A stretch of 28,054 bases of DNA, taken from NCBI GenBank assembly GCA_027623195.1, contig JAQBUT010000032.1, positions 1 to 28,054 of the forward strand. Direction: 5' to 3'. A program made the position numbers and the translations under genes. This DNA comes from Chloroflexota bacterium. GTDB lineage: Bacteria > Chloroflexota > Dehalococcoidia > Lucifugimonadales > JADFKI01. Every line of letters begins with the position of its first letter. Positions within the stretch are counted from its first letter, which is position 1. Below, in pieces: positions 1-8,341 of this stretch. Under the pieces are notes generated by a model. The model saw only the letters and a list, made by a program, of their open reading frames with translations. It was not told the origin of the DNA and searched no databases.

Positions 1-97
1 TCTACCTTGAGAGGCCTTCTTTTTATACTTTTCCTAGAATCATCCAAATTCGGGATGACTCATGTTTTTCTTTGCCATGAATTTTTTCAGCGGGAGG

Positions 98-622
98 CTA
101 TGAGGCGGATGCCGCCTTGGCTGCGTCCAGCGCCGCGTCGAAGTTAGGTAGCTGTGAGATTATAGGCACATACTCTACGTGCTTCACCACATCGTCCTTG
201 CCGACCACGAAGACTGCACGGGCGAGCAGACCACTTTCCTTAACGTGAACGCCGTAGCTGTCGCCGAACTCTCTGCTCTTGAAGTCGGAAACGGTCTGGA
301 CCTTATCCACATTGTTCGCGCCACACCAGCGGGCCTGCGCGAAGGGAAGGTCCATGCTGACGGTTAAGATCGTGACATCGTCCGGCAACGAGCCGGCCAA
401 TTCGTTGAATTTCTGTGTCTCGTCACTGCATACGCCGGTATCCAGTGACGGCACGGAAGCGATAATGCGTACCTTCCCTGCGGTATCGGCCAGCGATACT
501 GGCTTTAGACCTGCGCCCGAGACTGTAAAACCCGGAGCGTTGTCCCCTACCTTAATTTCCGGACCGAGCAGTGTAAGTTTATTATCACCGGCCGCGAAAA
601 CGCCTGTGCGTTCCTCCAACAT
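98..622 (-). CDS. tpx: Thiol peroxidase (atypical 2-Cys peroxiredoxin)
   Basis: 174 aa with Tpx motifs SVPSLDTGVC, VSMDLPFAQARWC and LLARAVFVV; AGGAGA Shine-Dalgarno (SD) upstream. Confidence 0.95.
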   Translation of the reverse strand: MLEERTGVFAAGDNKLTLLGPEIKVGDNAPGFTVSGAGLKPVSLADTAGKVRIIASVPSLDTGVCSDETQKFNELAGSLPDDVTILTVSMDLPFAQARWCGANNVDKVQTVSDFKSREFGDSYGVHVKESGLLARAVFVVGKDDVVKHVEYVPIISQLPNFDAALDAAKAASAS

Positions 623-666
623 AAATGTGTCTCCTTTAAATGCTTTATGGGTTAAATTTGTGAAAT

Positions 667-695
667 ATTATCAGGTAGGCCGCACGGCAAGTCAA
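667..695 (-). promoter_or_regulatory. sigma70-type promoter for tpx
   Basis: Minus strand TTGACT-17 nt-GATAAT, about 45 nt upstream of the tpx start. Confidence 0.6.
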
Positions 696-703
696 TGTGT
701 CGC

Positions 704-1429
704 TTAACCGGGCCGCTTCTTTCCCGTCTTCTCCTCGTAAAGCCGCCATGTCGCTTCATTGAAAGGGTAGTACTTGCCCGGTGAGCACTGCTCTATTTCC
801 AACTGCGCCTTGATGACTTCCTCCACCTCTTCACGCTGGTGGGCGATCGCAATCACTTCGTCTACCGCCTGGCGGGCCACGACCACTACGCCATCGTCGT
901 CGCCCACAACTGCATCACCCGGACGCACCAGCACGCCGCCGCACTGGATTGCGTCATTCACCTGCCAGGGCCAGAACTCCGCCGGACCCTGCTTTGCTGT
1001 GGCACTGGCGGAGTAAACGGGGAAGCCGTAGCCCTTGAGCACCACGGTGTCCCTGACGCCGCCGTCGGTCACAAGGCCACCGGCTTTAAGTTGCTTCATA
1101 CGTAGGAACTTGATATCGCCGCCGATGGAGCTGTACTCCCAGCCCATCGCGTCGATCACCAACACCTCGCCTGGACCGCAAAGCTCAATGGCAACGTATT
1201 CTGCAGAGTCTGCTCCCTTGGGCTTGTCCTGCACGATGTCTGGCCTGTGGGGGACGAACCTCAGCGTCACGGCTCTCCCCGCCATATGCTGACTAGACTG
1301 AAGCGGCTTGGCGCCTTCAATGTAGCTCATAGGCCACCCTTTTACCCATAGGCCATCGATCAGCGTCTGGGTGGGAATGCCTTTGAGCACCTCTAAAGTC
1401 GCGTCTGAAATTGGCGGCAAATCTGCCAT
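704..1429 (-). CDS. RraA-family protein (HMG/CHA aldolase-like)
   Basis: Motifs AGRAVTLRF, GEVLVIDA, GLVTDGGVRD and GGVLVRPGDAVVGDDDGVVVV. Start moved from 1489 to ATG 1429, which follows a GAGGTG SD. Confidence 0.88.
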   Translation of the reverse strand: MADLPPISDATLEVLKGIPTQTLIDGLWVKGWPMSYIEGAKPLQSSQHMAGRAVTLRFVPHRPDIVQDKPKGADSAEYVAIELCGPGEVLVIDAMGWEYSSIGGDIKFLRMKQLKAGGLVTDGGVRDTVVLKGYGFPVYSASATAKQGPAEFWPWQVNDAIQCGGVLVRPGDAVVGDDDGVVVVARQAVDEVIAIAHQREEVEEVIKAQLEIEQCSPGKYYPFNEATWRLYEEKTGKKRPG

Positions 1430-1628
1430 GAGGTCACCTCTGTTTGGTATTCGCGGTGCTATTTTATGTCCTGACTGCGCGTGTAACAACTAAGCGGAGC
1501 TGAATCAGAATTGGGCGGGCCTCCAGTTTCCGGGCGGCATGGTGTAGATTGAGTTAGCCGACGGAGGGTGTTTAGGCACCAGGCTTATCCAGGTGGCACA
1601 GTAACGCGCGTTACTTGAATAAACTCTG

Positions 1629-1657
1629 TGGACAGGGTGGAAGGCTTTGGCTATAAT
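1629..1657 (+). promoter_or_regulatory. sigma70 promoter of the tRNA operon
   Basis: TGGACA (1629-1634), 17-nt spacer, TATAAT (1652-1657), about 65 nt before tRNA-Leu. Confidence 0.75.
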
Positions 1658-1722
1658 ATCTTGGGTCGCCTAGCTTCCGCTGACCTGATGAGTCTCGAAA
1701 GCATCTCAAGTTACGGGACCAG

Positions 1723-1809
1723 GCCGAGGTGGTGGAATTGGTAGACACGCAGCGTTGAGGGCGCTGTGGCCGCAAGGCTGTAGGAGTTCGAGTCTCCTCC
1801 TCGGCACCA
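1723..1809 (+). tRNA. tRNA-Leu (anticodon GAG)
   Basis: Acceptor stem GCCGAGG/CCTCGGC plus ACCA; anticodon arm CAGCG-TTGAGGG-CGCTG; long variable arm; GTTCGAGTC T-loop. Confidence 0.97.
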
Positions 1810-1824
1810 GCAACAACCCATCGG

Positions 1825-1901
1825 GGCGACGTAGCCAAGTGGTCTAAGGCGGGGGTCTGCAAAACCCCTATTCGGCGGTTCGAATCCGCCCGTCGCCTCC
1901 A
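1825..1901 (+). tRNA. tRNA-Cys (anticodon GCA)
   Basis: Acceptor stem GGCGACG/CGTCGCC plus TCCA (U73 discriminator); anticodon arm GGGGT-CTGCAAA-ACCCC; GTTCGAATC T-loop. Confidence 0.97.
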
Positions 1902-1925
1902 ACAACCTACCGCATTACAGAATGG

Positions 1926-2885
1926 ATGGATTCAATAAAAAAGGGTTATTTGCGTCTGTCGAACCGCGTGGCCGACTTGAATCAAAAAGCCTTCTTGGTA
2001 ATGTTGGCCCTGATGCTGGTAGCGCTAGCTGGGTGTTCCTATAAAGCCGACCAGTCTCCCCCTAACCCACCTCAAGCAGACTCCGCGAAACCATCAAGCA
2101 CCAGGCTAAGGCTTGTTACAACCACCAGCCTTTACGACACCGGACTCTGGGATGAGTTGGAGTCTCGTTTCGAACATAAGTATGGTATCCAACTAGATGT
2201 AATCTCTGGCGGCACCGGTAAGGCTTTGCAGTATGGCAGAAATGGCGATGTGGACGTTCTGACCATTCATGACAGAGCCCGTGAAGAGCAATTCATTGCG
2301 GATGGATTTGGCACAATGCGGAATGTGGTCGCCTATAATTACTTCCTCATTATCGGCCCGCGAGACGACCCAGCCGGGCTAAAAGGCATGAACCCGCAGG
2401 ATGCCTTGGCCAGGCTCATGGTGGCGGGAAAGGCGTCTCGCGACAATGTGAGTTTTGTTTCCAGGGGCGACGATTCGGGCACTCACTCCAGGGAAAAGAG
2501 CATCTGGACGCTAGGCGCTTTCGATTATAATGAGGTTCGCAAATCCGGCGTCTGGTATATTGAGGCCGGGACCGGGATGGGAGCAACTCTTACGCTGGCC
2601 AACGAGAAATCGGCGTATACATTGACGGACATAGGCACATATTTGGCCTTTCAGGGTGACCTCGACCTCATGCCGATCGTCGAGTCAGGCGATGCACTGC
2701 TAAACGTCTATTCCGCCATCCCAATTAATCCTGGCAAGCTTGATGGCATCAATCGGACTGATACTGACAAACTGGTAGAATTCCTCATGTCTGAAGAGAT
2801 TCAAGATGTGATAGGCCAGTATGGTATCAGCGAATATGGAAGGCCACTTTTCATTGCCGCTGGAGGGATAGACCCCGGTGACTAA
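1926..2885 (+). CDS. tupA: Tungstate ABC transporter substrate-binding lipoprotein
   Basis: TTTS oxyanion motif (LRLVTTTSLYDTGL), GTGKAL, FVSRGDDSGTH; lipobox LAGC. The true start may be slightly downstream. Confidence 0.92.
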   Translation: MDSIKKGYLRLSNRVADLNQKAFLVMLALMLVALAGCSYKADQSPPNPPQADSAKPSSTRLRLVTTTSLYDTGLWDELESRFEHKYGIQLDVISGGTGKALQYGRNGDVDVLTIHDRAREEQFIADGFGTMRNVVAYNYFLIIGPRDDPAGLKGMNPQDALARLMVAGKASRDNVSFVSRGDDSGTHSREKSIWTLGAFDYNEVRKSGVWYIEAGTGMGATLTLANEKSAYTLTDIGTYLAFQGDLDLMPIVESGDALLNVYSAIPINPGKLDGINRTDTDKLVEFLMSEEIQDVIGQYGISEYGRPLFIAAGGIDPGD

Positions 2886-2937
2886 GGTCCACACGCCTGA
2901 AGCGCGGATGATTAACTAATCTGGAAAGGCGGAGGGC

Positions 2938-3630
2938 ATGGAGGTACTCTTAGACAGTCTTGTCACCGCCATCCGATTGATTTTAAGCGGAGACAAAGAA
3001 GTTTTCGCCATCACCACCAGAACAGTGATGATTTCGCTAGCGTCTACGTTAATAGCCGCTGCAATCTTCCTACCTGTGGCGAGCCTCATTCACTTTCACG
3101 ATTTCCCTCTCAAAGGCATGGTCTTGGGACTGGTGCAAACGTTTTACAGCTTACCCACCGTATTCGTAGGTATGCTCGTGTTCATCGTCTTTTCCAAGGC
3201 AGGTCCCTTGGGATCATTTGGCATTCTTTTTTCTCCTCAAGCCATTATTATTGGTGAGGTCATCCTTATCTCGCCTATTATCGTTGGCGTTGCAAATTCA
3301 GCAATGGACGCCATAGGTCCAGAGATTAAAGATACGGCAGTGTCTCTTGGCGCTGGCGCCACCCAGGCCATGCTGCGTATTGCCAAGGAAGCCCAGTTTG
3401 GAATAGCAACGGCTGTTCTGCTGGCTTTCGGCCGTGCCGTTTCGGAAGTCGGCCTCGCTATTATTGTCGGCGGCAACATTAGGGATTACACAAGAACGCT
3501 GACCACCGCTATGGCCCTCGAAACCTCCATCGGTAACGTAGAACTCTCGCTGGCACTGGGGATAATTCTGGTTTCCCTCGCGCTGCTCGTCAACATACTC
3601 GTTGGCCGCCTGCGATCCAAGTACAGATAG
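2938..3630 (+). CDS. tupB: Tungstate ABC transporter permease
   Basis: Hydrophobic 230 aa; AFGRAVSEVG...VGGNIRDYTRTLTTA; GGAGG SD; lies between tupA and an ABC ATPase. Confidence 0.92.
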   Translation: MEVLLDSLVTAIRLILSGDKEVFAITTRTVMISLASTLIAAAIFLPVASLIHFHDFPLKGMVLGLVQTFYSLPTVFVGMLVFIVFSKAGPLGSFGILFSPQAIIIGEVILISPIIVGVANSAMDAIGPEIKDTAVSLGAGATQAMLRIAKEAQFGIATAVLLAFGRAVSEVGLAIIVGGNIRDYTRTLTTAMALETSIGNVELSLALGIILVSLALLVNILVGRLRSKYR

Positions 3631-4383
3631 ATGATAGTTATAAAGGATCTGCACAAGAACTTCGGCAACCGTAAGGTACTGACTGGCGTAAACTTGATCG
3701 TTCCACGGAATGAAGTCTTGGCCATTATTGGCCCTAGCGGCTCTGGAAAGACAACCCTCCTCCAGATACTGGACACACTGGTTAAGCCTACTTCCGGCAC
3801 TGTGCTGTTCGATGGAATCGACATATCAAAATCCGAACGGGAAAGGCGTCAAGTTCGCAGGCGGATGGCTATGGTCTTTCAAAAACCCGTCGTTTTTAGG
3901 GAAAGCGTTTTTGCAAACGTTGCGTATGGGCTTAAGGTGCGGGGCATGAAAAGATCAGATGTGAGTGAAAAAGTGCTTAAGGCGCTAGGCACCGTTGGGC
4001 TTCTCGACTACGAAAAGAGGAACGCCAAGACACTGTCTGGAGGGGAGGCCCAACGAGTAGCCCTAGCACGAGCCATGGTCATTGAGCCGGAACTACTGCT
4101 GCTCGACGAGCCTACGGCCAATCTCGATATGGTCTCAACCAGACAATTCGAAGAATATCTGGTGCGCGTAATAAATGAGCTTCATACGACGGTTATCTTT
4201 TCGACTCATGATCTCGCACAAGGAACGCGACTGGCCGACAGGATGGGTGTGTTGATCGATGGCGAACTGCTTCAGACCGGCGTGGCGGAGGACGTGATGA
4301 ATGAGCCGGCCAGTGGTCGTGTGGCAGAGTTCATTAACGCGGTGCAGTCTTTTCCGGAAGATCGCAGCGGCTACGGGACATGA
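3631..4383 (+). CDS. tupC: Tungstate ABC transporter ATP-binding protein
   Basis: Walker A GPSGSGKT, LSGGE signature, Walker B LLLLDEPTANLD; ATG directly follows the tupB stop. Confidence 0.9.
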   Translation: MIVIKDLHKNFGNRKVLTGVNLIVPRNEVLAIIGPSGSGKTTLLQILDTLVKPTSGTVLFDGIDISKSERERRQVRRRMAMVFQKPVVFRESVFANVAYGLKVRGMKRSDVSEKVLKALGTVGLLDYEKRNAKTLSGGEAQRVALARAMVIEPELLLLDEPTANLDMVSTRQFEEYLVRVINELHTTVIFSTHDLAQGTRLADRMGVLIDGELLQTGVAEDVMNEPASGRVAEFINAVQSFPEDRSGYGT

Positions 4384-4643
4384 TGAAATCAATTCATCCC
4401 GTGCGATAAAAGTCCGAAGGGAATTCAACCAAGCGTACAGGTATGAAAAGTAAGGTATCATTTGTCACGATCCTGGTATTTTTTCGTCGTAGCTAGCGAG
4501 AGGCTGTCATGCCGATTCTGCCTTCACGGATACCAACAAGGACAATGAGGATTATCTTGAAGTGTACTGGTTCGCACGTATGGTCGTCCCCTTGGCTCCA
4601 CACGGATGGAGCGAAAAAATGACTTACTCATTAAGGACTATAA

Positions 4644-6194
4644 ATGCAATATCGTTCTCGGCTGGCAGGGTTTCGCATAGAGCTCTTGGCCGGACTTACC
4701 GTATCCCTGGCGCTCGTTCCGGAGGCAGTGGCCTTCGCGTTCGTAGCGGGAGTCGGCCCCCTCGTCGGCCTGTATGCGGCGTTCATCATTGGGCTTGTCA
4801 CGTCCTTAACCGGCGGACGGCCAGGAATGATCTCCGGGGCTACGGGAGCCCTTGCTGTGGTGATGGTCACGCTTGTGAGGGTTCACGGTATCGATTACCT
4901 GTTCATAACCGTCATTCTGATGGGACTCATTCAGATTGCGATTGGCGTGCTGAAATTAGGTAACCTGATACGTATGGTGTCCTACCCGGTTATGTTTGGG
5001 TTCGTCAACGGGCTGGCCATCGTCATATTCCTGGCCCAGCTAGAGAGTTTTAAGATTGAAGGCGTCGACGGCATCAAGACATGGCTGCCAATGGGTGGAA
5101 TGGGAATCATGCTCGCGCTGGTGGCCGTGACCATGGCCGTTATCTTCTTGCTGCCAAGGCTAACCAAGCGATTTCCCGCGCCGCTTGCAGGGATACTTGT
5201 TGTCTCAGCGCTGGTGATATTCATAGGCATCCCTACTACAACTGTCGGCGATATCTCCAGCATATCTGGAGGGCTGCCAGTCTTTGGCGTGCCGAATGTG
5301 CCTTTCAACTTGGAGACGGTACGAATCATCCTGCCGTATGCGTTAATCCTGGCGGGAATTGGCCTGATCGAGTCCCTGCTCACGCTTACCCTGATCGACG
5401 GTATGACGGAAACGAAAGGTCAGAAAAACCGTGAGTGTGTCGCCCAAGGCGCGGCGAATGTTGTAACGGGGTTCTTTGGCGGCATGGGCGGGTGCGCAAT
5501 GATCGGTCAGAGCATGATTAACATAAAGTCCGGCGCCAGATCGCGGGTGTCCGGAGTTGTGGCCTCGCTATTCTTGCTGGTCTTTATCCTCTTCGCCTCT
5601 CGCCTGATCGAACGGATTCCCATCGCCGCTCTCGTTGGTGTGATGTTCGTGGTGGTGGTTGGGACCATATCCTGGACCAGCTTGCGCATCATTGGGAAGG
5701 TGCCTCGGGCTGATGCGTTGGTGATGGTATTTGTTGCGGGGGTAACTGTGGCCACCGACCTGGCAATAGCAGTTATCGCCGGAGTGATTGTGTCCGCCCT
5801 GGTCTTCGCGTGGAAGACTGCGCGTTACATCTACGTTGAACCCGGTGTCTTGACCAGGCCTGACCAACGCACCTACACCCTCCACGGCCAACTCTATTTT
5901 GCCTCGGTCAGCACCTTTAATGAGTTGTTCAATCCGAGACTGGACCCGGCCGAAGTAGTGATTAATTTTCAGAACGCTCGCGTATGGGACCATTCGGGCA
6001 TGGAGGCTATCGTTGATCTAGCCCGTCGTTACGAACGCGCGGGGACGCAATTGCATCTTCTGCACCTGAGCGACGACTGCCAGGAAATGCTGCGAAAGGC
6101 CGACATCATTCTGGAGAAAGACCCTTTGGCCAGGCCGAGTTCCAGCCACCGCGTTACGGTCTCGGGGCTGGGCGGCTCCGGGGAAGGCCACTAG
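4644..6194 (+). CDS. SulP/SLC26-family anion transporter with C-terminal STAS domain
   Basis: LAGLTVSLALVPEAVAFA, GGRPGMISGATGA, GGMGGCAMIGQS; STAS-like tail (GQLYFAS...VWDHSG). Confidence 0.93.
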   Translation: MQYRSRLAGFRIELLAGLTVSLALVPEAVAFAFVAGVGPLVGLYAAFIIGLVTSLTGGRPGMISGATGALAVVMVTLVRVHGIDYLFITVILMGLIQIAIGVLKLGNLIRMVSYPVMFGFVNGLAIVIFLAQLESFKIEGVDGIKTWLPMGGMGIMLALVAVTMAVIFLLPRLTKRFPAPLAGILVVSALVIFIGIPTTTVGDISSISGGLPVFGVPNVPFNLETVRIILPYALILAGIGLIESLLTLTLIDGMTETKGQKNRECVAQGAANVVTGFFGGMGGCAMIGQSMINIKSGARSRVSGVVASLFLLVFILFASRLIERIPIAALVGVMFVVVVGTISWTSLRIIGKVPRADALVMVFVAGVTVATDLAIAVIAGVIVSALVFAWKTARYIYVEPGVLTRPDQRTYTLHGQLYFASVSTFNELFNPRLDPAEVVINFQNARVWDHSGMEAIVDLARRYERAGTQLHLLHLSDDCQEMLRKADIILEKDPLARPSSSHRVTVSGLGGSGEGH

Positions 6195-6341
6195 TCGCCA
6201 GGATTTGGGGCCGTAAATTCGGAGTAGGCTCGCTCGACTGGTGACCCTCAATATTGAAAGCCTAGCAATCCGGTAAAACATTGAAGATGAATTACATCTC
6301 CGTAGAATATTAATGTCAGACAAGTACGATCATGGAGACCT

Positions 6342-6854
6342 ATGTACACTCAAATTCTGGTTCCTTTGGACGGTTCTAGCCTTGCTGAAAGGGCTATTCC
6401 ACATGCGCAAGGGCTAGCTAAGACATATGGAGCTACCGTTCATCTGCTACAAGTAATCACGCATAATCCTTCTGGAGGTCATGCCCAGGGGGATAGTGCC
6501 GAGCCAAGGGAAGGCGTATATCGTGCAGCGCTCGCTGGTTTGGCAGGGGGCGCATCCACAGGGAATTCCTTCACGCTGGACCTGGTTCGACGGCTAAAGG
6601 AAGCTCAAATTGAGGAAGCACAGGAATATCTTGCGCATGTGGCGAGTCAATTAAAGGTCGAAGGCATAGCCGTTGAAACGCAACTGTTTGAAGGCTCACC
6701 TCACGAACAGATCGCCGAGTACGCCAAGCAGAATGGCGTTGATGTCATAGTCATGTCCACCCACGGTCATGGCGGCGTGAAGAGGCTTATCGTTGGAAGC
6801 ACTACTGACAGGGTTATCAGGTCAGGGGATATACCTGTCTTAGTTGTTACCTAA
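6342..6854 (+). CDS. Universal stress protein (UspA family)
   Basis: ILVPLDGSSLAE at the N-terminus; DVIVMSTHGHGGVKRLIVGSTTDRVI...PVLVV at the C-terminus. Confidence 0.93.
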   Translation: MYTQILVPLDGSSLAERAIPHAQGLAKTYGATVHLLQVITHNPSGGHAQGDSAEPREGVYRAALAGLAGGASTGNSFTLDLVRRLKEAQIEEAQEYLAHVASQLKVEGIAVETQLFEGSPHEQIAEYAKQNGVDVIVMSTHGHGGVKRLIVGSTTDRVIRSGDIPVLVVT

Positions 6855-7025
6855 GATTTATTATCAACCTGATCTCATCTGGCAAAGTGTGTTGTCTGAC
6901 AAAACCGCCTTACTCCGAAGGTTTGTATTACACAGGTAGATGTAACAAATATTTAACATTTTGGAAAAACTTGGGAAACATTTCTCCTCCATAATCGTAT
7001 GTAGATTACTTGGAGGGACGAACTA

Positions 7026-7124
7026 ATGGGAATTGAAGCGGTACTCGGCGGCCTTGCATTCGTAGCTCTTTTTGGCATGTGGGTTGTGCTTCCCAGCAAG
7101 ATCCGAAAGAACCAGACCAAGTAA
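7026..7124 (+). CDS. 32-aa single-pass membrane peptide MGIEAVLGGLAFVALFGMWVVLPSKIRKNQTK (absent from the ORF track)
   Basis: GGAGGG SD at 7012-7017, ATG 7026, TAA 7122-7124; a hydrophobic stretch of about 20 aa followed by a basic tail; a terminator follows. Confidence 0.7.
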   Translation: MGIEAVLGGLAFVALFGMWVVLPSKIRKNQTK

Positions 7125-7159
7125 TTATTCCATAGGCACTAGCGAATCAATAGACTTTC

Positions 7160-7199
7160 AAACACCGAGTCTTGGATTTCCAGGACTCGGTGTTTTTTG
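7160..7199. terminator. Intrinsic terminator, probably bidirectional
   Basis: Stem AAACACCGAGTCTTGGA/TCCAGGACTCGGTGTTT plus a T-run, between the convergent small ORF and the archaellin. Confidence 0.85.
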
Positions 7200-7249
7200 T
7201 TACTCCAGGATCAATATTCACCGCCTCTGGTCCAACGAGTTCTGCGAAG

Positions 7250-8341
7250 TTACTTAAGGTTCATGACCGTGCTGATCTGGCCCGGCGTTTGGCGCTGAAT
7301 GACAAGAACGCTTCCCTCCGATGGCTTGATTTCCAACGTGAACTCCGTGCTCTTTACCAGGGGAGTCGCCTGGTCGAGGCCCAAGAGGCTAACGGCTATC
7401 TCTACTCTCTCGCCCTCTTCCAACTGATCGTCGCTGTCGTCCGCGCCCACGAAGGCTTTCGTCCAGTAAAGGTCGTTTTTCAACTGGAAGTCGTCGGTGT
7501 AGCTGACCAGCACGTTGTGCCGCCTGTCCGCCGAGTCGGATATACCATCGTTGTCGGAGTCGGATGGTTCCGTGAGGTTGATAGGCTCACCCTTTACGGA
7601 GTTGGCGACCAAGACGACGATGCTGGTCACCTGTCCGCGGACTTCGACATCGTCGATGTTGATCTTCGTGCTGCTCACGGTGGATAGATCGGTGGCCACG
7701 TTGAGGCCCACGCATGCGATGGCGGAACGGGTTGTGCCGCTGCTAATTCCCACGGACACATCTTTCCATACGTTGGCAGTAAGCACAGGCAGATTGATGC
7801 TTTCCGCTACGCTGCCGCAACCTGTGGAGTCATCGATGACCAGTTGCAACTGGCCGGCCGATGTCGTCACATCAGACTTGATCCAAAAAGAGATGGATTC
7901 GTAACTGGTCAAGTCAACAGTTGGAGATATGTCCTCAGAGCCGATTAGGCCGGTGGTGAATGCGATGGCCACATCGATCTCGCTGCTAGCTGTTCCCTGC
8001 TTCTTGTCCGTTGTCTCAGAAGAAAGCGTTAGGTTCGCTCCCGGGTCGTCCCAGACGTCGTCGCCGTCATCGAGCGTGATGTCTGGCACGCCGTTGGCGA
8101 TAACAGAGCCCTTGAGCTCGATGCTTCCCCGCGCCTGTTGGAGTCCGGCGTATACAGTTTCCTTGGCGCGTTCAGCGGAGAATATACCTGTGGACAGCAC
8201 GGTGAAGGCGAATACGGAAGCGACCACGACGAACGCGATCATTATGATGGCCGTCTCCAGACCTGTTACACCCTTCTCTGATCTTTGCAGCAAATCCGTT
8301 GCCTTATTCCCAGTGCCAAAGAATCTGGCCAGTTGCTTCAT
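7250..8341 (-). CDS. Archaellin (archaeal-type flagellin, ArlB/FlaB family) with a large internal insertion
   Basis: Class III signal peptide SEKG|VTGLETAIIMIAFVVVASVFAFTVLSTGIFSAERAKETVYAGL; C-terminal archaellin features DDQLEEGERVEI, FTLEIKPSEGSVLVIQRQTP and VMNL. Confidence 0.92.
   Translation of the reverse strand: MKQLARFFGTGNKATDLLQRSEKGVTGLETAIIMIAFVVVASVFAFTVLSTGIFSAERAKETVYAGLQQARGSIELKGSVIANGVPDITLDDGDDVWDDPGANLTLSSETTDKKQGTASSEIDVAIAFTTGLIGSEDISPTVDLTSYESISFWIKSDVTTSAGQLQLVIDDSTGCGSVAESINLPVLTANVWKDVSVGISSGTTRSAIACVGLNVATDLSTVSSTKINIDDVEVRGQVTSIVVLVANSVKGEPINLTEPSDSDNDGISDSADRRHNVLVSYTDDFQLKNDLYWTKAFVGADDSDDQLEEGERVEIAVSLLGLDQATPLVKSTEFTLEIKPSEGSVLVIQRQTPGQISTVMNLK

Noticed and set aside
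658..675. Rex-like half site TTGTGAA upstream of tpx
   Set aside because: The second half (TTCACAA) is absent.
1611..1905. Minus-strand ORFs over the tRNA genes
   Set aside because: They are antisense translations of tRNA-Leu and tRNA-Cys.
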